Positions 58,380-64,000 of a stretch of 64,000 nucleotides of DNA are shown one piece after another. Position 1 is the stretch's first letter; the number at the start of each line of letters is the position of its first letter. A model generated the notes under the pieces. That model saw nothing but the letters and a program-made list of their open reading frames with translations, was not told the origin of the DNA and did not search any database. Position numbers and translations under genes: made by a program. The stretch comes from Gemmatimonadota bacterium (GTDB lineage: Bacteria; Gemmatimonadota; Gemmatimonadetes; Palauibacterales; KS3-K002). The DNA lies in contig JBDHJS010000006.1 in the NCBI GenBank assembly GCA_039586795.1, positions 96,001-160,000 of the forward strand, read 5' to 3'.

Positions 58380-59372
58380 ATGGCCGAAAGAGCGACCAAT
58401 TCGAGAAGACCTACGCGTACCTCGCTCTACCGCGATGCGACTTGGCTAGCGGTGGCGCTGCGCTGGGTCCTCCTGGCGGCGGGCGCGTTCTGGCTCTATC
58501 CAGCTTACGGTCTCGAGACGGTCGCGGCCTGGATCCTCATCGGCGTCGCCGTCTACAACCTGCTGTTGACGGGACTCCATTGGTACAAGCTCCACCCCTC
58601 CCTCTGGTTTGTCGCGCTGTTCGATCTTGCCGCGATCACCATCCTCCTGGTGCTCCTCGGCGCGGCGACGAGTCATGCGATCTTCGTGTACGGATTCATC
58701 ATCCTGGCGGTCGGTCTGGCGTATGGCTGGAAGGGGATCGCTTTCGCGCTCACCGGCTACCTGGTGGCTGAGTACGGCATTCTGCTGGCCAGCGTGGCCG
58801 AGCGGCCGGGAACCGGCTCGCTCATCGCCCGGATCGGGTCGATCGCCGTCGGCGCTCTGGTACTCGGAGCGTTGGTCGAGCGGCACGAGAATTTGCGTCT
58901 ACGGCTCGCCCGGGCGACCGTCGAGCTACCCACGCAAGGCGTCTACGGTCTCCAGGAGTTCACGAAGGCGCTGGAATACCTCCATAAGCTGGCGGCACGT
59001 GGCAGATGGCCGTACTCGGTCATGGTCATCGACATCGGACTTCCCGGGATTGAACCGTCCTACAAGGGTCCCGGCATCGCTGAAGAGCTGCTGCAGCAGC
59101 TGGCGGCGGAAGCTCGGTCCGCGTTGCGATCGACGGATATCGTGGGCCGCGTGGGCGCCGACGTCTTCGCCATCGCGATGCCCGATACTCCGAAAGAAGG
59201 CGCCGAGCACGTCGCCACCCGGATCAGACAGCGACTCATGACTCGGGCCGAGAATCTCGAGTACTTCATCGGGCTGGCCGAGACGCAGCCGTCCCGCAAG
59301 AACGGCTTTGACGAGTGCCTGCACGCGGCGTTCGCCGCCGCGCGCGAGTCGAAGCTGGTCCCGGTCGCCTGA
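58380..59372 (+). CDS. Membrane protein with degenerate GGDEF domain
   Basis: About 5-6 N-terminal TMs, SVMVIDI and LRSTDIVGRVGADVFAIAMP (GADVF in place of GGDEF, RxxD retained). Confidence 0.8.
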   Translation: MAERATNSRRPTRTSLYRDATWLAVALRWVLLAAGAFWLYPAYGLETVAAWILIGVAVYNLLLTGLHWYKLHPSLWFVALFDLAAITILLVLLGAATSHAIFVYGFIILAVGLAYGWKGIAFALTGYLVAEYGILLASVAERPGTGSLIARIGSIAVGALVLGALVERHENLRLRLARATVELPTQGVYGLQEFTKALEYLHKLAARGRWPYSVMVIDIGLPGIEPSYKGPGIAEELLQQLAAEARSALRSTDIVGRVGADVFAIAMPDTPKEGAEHVATRIRQRLMTRAENLEYFIGLAETQPSRKNGFDECLHAAFAAARESKLVPVA

Positions 59373-59474
59373 GCGACCGCCGCATTTCCTTCCCTAGCTG
59401 TCCTTTCCGCAGGTCCATCGACCGCCTACCTTGGCGTCGGAAACTCGAACGACTTTCAGCGGATAGGATCAGCT

Positions 59475-61151
59475 ATGCGGCTCCGTCTAGTTGGAACCCT
59501 GCTTCTGTTCACCACGGTCAGTGCGGCGCTTGCACAGGACCCGCGACCCAGCACGGTCGCCGGGCGGTCGACCGTCTATGCGCCGCACGGCGTCATCGCC
59601 ACCAGTCAGCCACTGGCTAGCGCAGCGGGTCTTGCCGTGCTTCAGCGCGGCGGCAACGCCATCGACGCCGCGGTGACCGCGGCTGCCGTACTCAATCTGG
59701 TCGAGCCGCACATGACGGGGATCGGCGGCGACATGTTTGCCATCCTCTGGTCGGCGGAGGAGGGCTCGCTGGTGGGGCTCAACGCCAGCGGACGGTCCGG
59801 CTCGCTGATGACTCGAGACGAGCTGGTGGCGCGCGGTCACTCGACAGTTCCGCTGCATGGCGCCGAGCCGATCACGGTGCCCGGTGCGCTCTCGGGTTGG
59901 GCGGCGCTGCTCGAGCGATACGGGACGATCAGCCTGGCGGAAGCGCTTCAGCCGGCGATCGAGCTTGCGGAGAACGGGTTTCCGGTCTCGCCGATCATCG
60001 CGCGCCAGTGGGCGGCCGAAGTGGAGAAGCTGCAGCGGGATGCTGGAGCCCGGGCCACCTACCTGGTGGACGGACGGCGGGCGCCGGAGGCGGGAGAGTG
60101 GTTTCGGAATCCGGATTTCGCGGCGTCGCTGAGACTGATCGCGGAGCAAGGTCCGGGCGTGCTGTACGGAGGCGATCTGGGCCGCCGAATCGTCGAGGGT
60201 GTACAGGAGCTGGGTGGCTTCCTGACGCTGGAGGATCTCGAGAGCCACGAGCCGATCTGGGTCGATCCGATGTCCATCGACTTCAAGGGCTACCGCGTGT
60301 GGGAGCTTCCACCCAATGGGCAGGGGATCGCGGCGCTGGAGATGCTGCGCATCCTGGAGGGTTTCGACCTCGAGCGGATGGGTCACAACTCGGCTGAATA
60401 TCTTCATCATCTCATTGAGGCGAAGAAGCTGGCGTTCGCCGATCTGGCTCGTTGGGTGGGCGATCCGGAGTACATGACGATCGAGCCGCAGCAGCTATTG
60501 ACCGACGAGTTCATTGCGTCGCGCCGCGCGCTGATCGATCCGCGCCGTGCGGCGGAGCGTGTCGAGCCCGGCGCGGCTGTAACGGCGAGCGAGACGATCT
60601 ATCTGAGTGCGGCGGACGAGAGCGGCAACATGATCTCGTTCATCAATAGCATCTATTGGGAGTTCGGTTCGGGCGTCGTCGTACCGGGCACCGGCTTCGC
60701 ATTGCAGAACCGGGGCGCCGGCTTCAGCATGGAGCTCGGCCTTCCGAATACCGTGGGGCCCGGAAAGCGACCGTTCCACACCATCATCCCGGCCTTCGTG
60801 ACACGACCGCTTCCGAGTGGCGGCGAGGAGCCGTGGCTCAGCTTCGGCGTGATGGGCGGCTCGATCCAACCCCAGGGGCATACTCAGGTTCTGCTCAACC
60901 TGCTCCTCTTTGATATGGACCTTCAGGATGCGATCGACGCGCCGCGCTTCCGGCACTTATCGGAACAGCGGGTCGCGCTGGAAGCGCCGATCTCCGCAAC
61001 GGTGCGAGCGGCGCTCACGGCGATGGGACACGAGATCCTGCCCGACGGTTCAGTGGCATTCGGCGGTAGCCAGGCGGTGATGCGCTTGATGCACGGTTGG
61101 GCCGCCGGCTCCGATCCGCGTAAGGACGGCTTGGCCGTCGGATATGAATAG
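59475..61151 (+). CDS. ggt: Gamma-glutamyltransferase
   Basis: GGNAIDAAV, GIGGD, PPNGQG, nucleophile ETIYLS, LQNRG.GF, RPFHTIIP, GVMGG..QPQG and DPRKDG. Confidence 0.94.
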   Translation: MRLRLVGTLLLFTTVSAALAQDPRPSTVAGRSTVYAPHGVIATSQPLASAAGLAVLQRGGNAIDAAVTAAAVLNLVEPHMTGIGGDMFAILWSAEEGSLVGLNASGRSGSLMTRDELVARGHSTVPLHGAEPITVPGALSGWAALLERYGTISLAEALQPAIELAENGFPVSPIIARQWAAEVEKLQRDAGARATYLVDGRRAPEAGEWFRNPDFAASLRLIAEQGPGVLYGGDLGRRIVEGVQELGGFLTLEDLESHEPIWVDPMSIDFKGYRVWELPPNGQGIAALEMLRILEGFDLERMGHNSAEYLHHLIEAKKLAFADLARWVGDPEYMTIEPQQLLTDEFIASRRALIDPRRAAERVEPGAAVTASETIYLSAADESGNMISFINSIYWEFGSGVVVPGTGFALQNRGAGFSMELGLPNTVGPGKRPFHTIIPAFVTRPLPSGGEEPWLSFGVMGGSIQPQGHTQVLLNLLLFDMDLQDAIDAPRFRHLSEQRVALEAPISATVRAALTAMGHEILPDGSVAFGGSQAVMRLMHGWAAGSDPRKDGLAVGYE

Positions 61152-61169
61152 ACAGATGGGAGTCGGGTG

Positions 61170-62264
61170 ATGGCGATAAAAGCGGCGGTGATGACGGGGC
61201 CGAACCAGCCGATCGAGATGTGGGAATTGGAGAACCCAACGATCGAGCCCGGTGGTATCTTACTCGAGACCGTAGCCAGCGAAGTCTGCGGGACGGATGT
61301 CCATCTGCACCACGGTAGGTTGGCCGGCGTTCCGTACCCGATCATCCCCGGTCACATCAGCGTCGGCCGGATCATCGAAGCGAACGGTGTCGATACCGAC
61401 GCGATGGACGTGCCGATCGCGCCCGGCGATCTGGTGACGTTCTATGACGTTCACGAGACCTGCCACGCGTGCTACTACTGCACGGTGGCAAAACAACCGA
61501 ATCGCTGCCCGAGCCGCCGCGTTTACGGAATCACCTACTCGGCCAACGAAGGGCCGCTGGGCGGTTGGGCCGAGCGGATCTACTTGAAACCGGGCGTGCA
61601 GCTGCTCAAGCTGCCCCAACTATTGACTGCGGAAGATGTGATTGGCGGCGGCTGTGGTCTGTTCACGGGCTTCGCGGCCGTGGAGCGCTCCGATCTGGAG
61701 CTCGGCGATACGGTGCTGGTACAGGGGACGGGCCCGGTTGGGCTGTCGGCGATCGCGTTCGCGGCGCTACGCGGTGCGGGCCGCATCATCGCCATCGGCG
61801 ACCCTGAAGCTCGACTCCAGTTGGCGGATGTTCTGGGCGCCGATCTTGTGTTGTCCGTCGGCGGCGTGGCGGAAGAGGATCGTGCAGCGGTGGTGAAGGA
61901 ACTGACGAACGGGCGGGGCGTCGATGTGGCGATCGAATGCGCGGGACATCCGACGACGATCCCGGAAGGCTTTCGCTTGCTGCGGGATGGTGGGACGTAT
62001 GTCATCGCGGGGCACTACACCGACGTCGGAGACGCCAGTATCAATCCCCATATCGACATCAACAAGAAGCACGCCGACGTGAGGGGGCGCTGGGGACTCG
62101 AGTTCAGCCACCTCTATCGTGCGCTTCTCCTGCTCGCCAAGAACCATGACCGCCTCCCCTTCGCCAACGTGATTGGTCAGAGCTACACCCTCGAACAGGC
62201 AAACGAAGCCCTGGCTGACGTCGAGGACCTCCGAGTCACCAAAGCGATCATCCGACCCCAATAG
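61170..62264 (+). CDS. Zinc-binding (MDR) dehydrogenase
   Basis: VCGTDVH, structural Zn CHACYYC...C and GTGPVG Rossmann motif. GHI in place of GHE. Confidence 0.88.
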   Translation: MAIKAAVMTGPNQPIEMWELENPTIEPGGILLETVASEVCGTDVHLHHGRLAGVPYPIIPGHISVGRIIEANGVDTDAMDVPIAPGDLVTFYDVHETCHACYYCTVAKQPNRCPSRRVYGITYSANEGPLGGWAERIYLKPGVQLLKLPQLLTAEDVIGGGCGLFTGFAAVERSDLELGDTVLVQGTGPVGLSAIAFAALRGAGRIIAIGDPEARLQLADVLGADLVLSVGGVAEEDRAAVVKELTNGRGVDVAIECAGHPTTIPEGFRLLRDGGTYVIAGHYTDVGDASINPHIDINKKHADVRGRWGLEFSHLYRALLLLAKNHDRLPFANVIGQSYTLEQANEALADVEDLRVTKAIIRPQ

Positions 62265-62372
62265 TCGTACTCGTACCTCCTTATCTTACTCGTGATCGTA
62301 CTCGTACTCGAGAACACCGCCGAGTACGAGTACGATAATGAGTACGATAACCAGTAGGAGTACGAGTACGGC
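62265..62372. repeat. GAGTAC hexamer palindromic repeat between convergent genes
   Basis: Perfect 16-bp IR atcgtactcgtactcg (62295-62310) / cgagtacgagtacgat (62321-62336), with further imperfect outer arms. Confidence 0.8.
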
Positions 62373-62374
62373 GA

Positions 62375-63340
62375 TTAGAAGCGGTGGCGGCGGTCGAGGC
62401 GGAGGCTGAGACTTTCCGCTATTTCGAGGGCGGAGCGGTACTCGGAAGATGTCAGTCTGCGGTTGAGTTCGGGGAAATGCTCGGCGCAGACCCGGCCCGC
62501 CGGCCGATACTGATCCATCAGATTCACGTACGAGTCGGGCCCCAGTTCCTGGGCGATCCACTCGAGGATCGCTCGCGTCTCCTCCAGGCCGCCCGGCATC
62601 ACCAGGTGTCGGATGAGGACGCCGCGCGTCGCCAGGCCATTCGCGTCGATCTGTAGCGGGCCCACCTGACGGTGCATCTCGGCGATCGCCGCCCGGGCCG
62701 CCTCCGGATAGTCCGCAGCCTTGAGGTACCGCTCGCTGCTCTCCGCTGACCAGCACTTGAAGTCGGGCATGTAGATATCGACGATACCGTCGAGCAGTAC
62801 GAGGCTCTCGAGCGCGTCGTAGGCGCTGGTGTTGTACACGATCGGCAGCGTAAGACCGTTGTCGGCTGCGATGGCCATCGCTTCGAGAACCTGCGGGACC
62901 ACGTGTTCGGGGGTGACGAAGTTGATGTTGTGGCAGCCTAGCCTTTGAAGCTCTAGCATCATCGCCGCGATTTCCTCCGGCGGCGAAGCGGCCCGCGAAC
63001 CGCCGGGCTTCACGGCCTGGCTTATATCGTAGTTCTGGCAGAAGACGCAGCGCAGGTTGCAGTGCGAGAAGAAGATCGTCCCCGAGCCGTTCCAGCCGCG
63101 CAACGGATCCTCTTCCCCCATATGCGGAAAGCAGCTGCTGACGACTGCGTGGCGTCCGGTCTTGCAGGCGGCCCACTTGTCCTCGAGCCGGTTGACGCTA
63201 CAATCCCGGGGGCAGGCACGGCAGTCCGCCAATCCTTCGACGGCGCTCCGCGCTCGTGCATGGAGCTCACCGCTTCCCAGGTTCAGGTAGGCCGCTCGGG
63301 TCATAAAGTAAGCCTCGTCCATTCTTGCCCAGCGCATCAA
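62375..63340 (-). CDS. Radical SAM protein, PflX family
   Basis: CRACPRDC.VNR, H.GEE..L.G..GSGTIFF, CNLRCVFCQN, NINFVTP and RHLVMPG. Exact start uncertain. Confidence 0.9.
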   Translation of the reverse strand: MMRWARMDEAYFMTRAAYLNLGSGELHARARSAVEGLADCRACPRDCSVNRLEDKWAACKTGRHAVVSSCFPHMGEEDPLRGWNGSGTIFFSHCNLRCVFCQNYDISQAVKPGGSRAASPPEEIAAMMLELQRLGCHNINFVTPEHVVPQVLEAMAIAADNGLTLPIVYNTSAYDALESLVLLDGIVDIYMPDFKCWSAESSERYLKAADYPEAARAAIAEMHRQVGPLQIDANGLATRGVLIRHLVMPGGLEETRAILEWIAQELGPDSYVNLMDQYRPAGRVCAEHFPELNRRLTSSEYRSALEIAESLSLRLDRRHRF

Positions 63341-63423
63341 GATAAGAACGACGCCGGGCGATCAGCCAGACAGGACCGGGCGCGACTCGGTGGCAGCGCT
63401 CCGTAGAAGAGGCTTCGCAGGCG

Positions 63424-64000
63424 ATGGACTTTCTTCTGAGGATCCCGGTGGCGATTGTGGGGCTGCTTCTGGTCCGTGGGTTCATCTATCCGCGAGGCTG
63501 GGCAGGTCGTCGCATCGGTAGTGCGCTGCTGGCCATCATCGGCGCGGCGATGGTCCTGCCGCTGGCGTCATACGATTCGCTGGGTGCGGTTGCGGCTCTA
63601 GGCCTTACGGTCATCACTCTCGTTCCTTACCGTCAACTTGCTATCGGTTTCTTGAAGATGCGAACCCGGGCAGGCCTGCGGGCGCTGGCGGACGAGTGGG
63701 GTACCATTCTCGATGAGGATGCGGAGACCGGGCGCTGGGACGTCGAGCGAGAAGTGGAGGGCCGGAGGACGTGGGTGGGAAATGTACTGACCCACAAGGG
63801 ATCCATCGATCCGAACGTGCGTAGAAAGGAGGTAGGTTACATGCTGGCGTTCGTGATCGAGCTCGATGAGGAGCCACCGTTTCTGGTTTCACTGATGTTC
63901 GGTTGGGACAAGCCTCGCTATTTCGAGCGCGAATGGCGAGCGACACACGTGATACACGGAGAGTACCTGTCATTACCGTTTGGCGATATCGGACTGGAGC
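63424..64000 (+). CDS. Hypothetical membrane protein, 5' part (runs off the window)
   Basis: ATG 63424 opens a frame with no stop to the window end (MDFLLRIPVAIVGLLLVRGF..., about 3 TM, then a soluble domain). Confidence 0.6.
   Translation, partial: MDFLLRIPVAIVGLLLVRGFIYPRGWAGRRIGSALLAIIGAAMVLPLASYDSLGAVAALGLTVITLVPYRQLAIGFLKMRTRAGLRALADEWGTILDEDAETGRWDVEREVEGRRTWVGNVLTHKGSIDPNVRRKEVGYMLAFVIELDEEPPFLVSLMFGWDKPRYFEREWRATHVIHGEYLSLPFGDIGLE

Overview
High-GC bacterial chromosomal segment. The gene content (PilW/PilX-type minor pilins, ccmEFGHI, ADOP permease, paired secreted amidohydrolases, msrPQ, many secreted peptidases and NTF2-like lipoproteins) suggests a Gemmatimonadota-like organism; this is inference only. 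In order, the window holds: the end of a type IV minor-pilin operon with two tandem PilX paralogues; an NTPase; a structured 630-bp intergenic region; ccmE-F-G-H-I; thiolase, M28 peptidase and cyclophilin; an NhaC-family transporter with an apparent ATA start; dat-rocD and other amino-acid enzymes; tatA and an AraC-type regulator; an ~8-kb co-directional run of small accessory genes with several decayed remnants; a lonC-like/ligA/polX/ybaK cluster; msrB and msrPQ; a three-domain amidohydrolase pair; an M61 peptidase; ADOP; a leuB-like gene; a TerB-like gene; a degenerate GGDEF membrane protein; ggt; a Zn dehydrogenase; and a PflX-type radical SAM. I found no rRNA, tRNA, CRISPR array, transposase or integrase. 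No complete novel system is demonstrable from sequence alone. The best leads are (i) short-period palindromic intergenic repeats with strong local G/C strand skew that extends into flanking genes, (ii) a candidate minus-strand sRNA or leader at ~3961-4225, (iii) the tightly coupled Lon-like protease/LigA/PolX operon, (iv) a one-active, two-inactive amidohydrolase assembly and (v) a probable c-di-GMP receptor. Product calls rest on motif recognition, not database searches.
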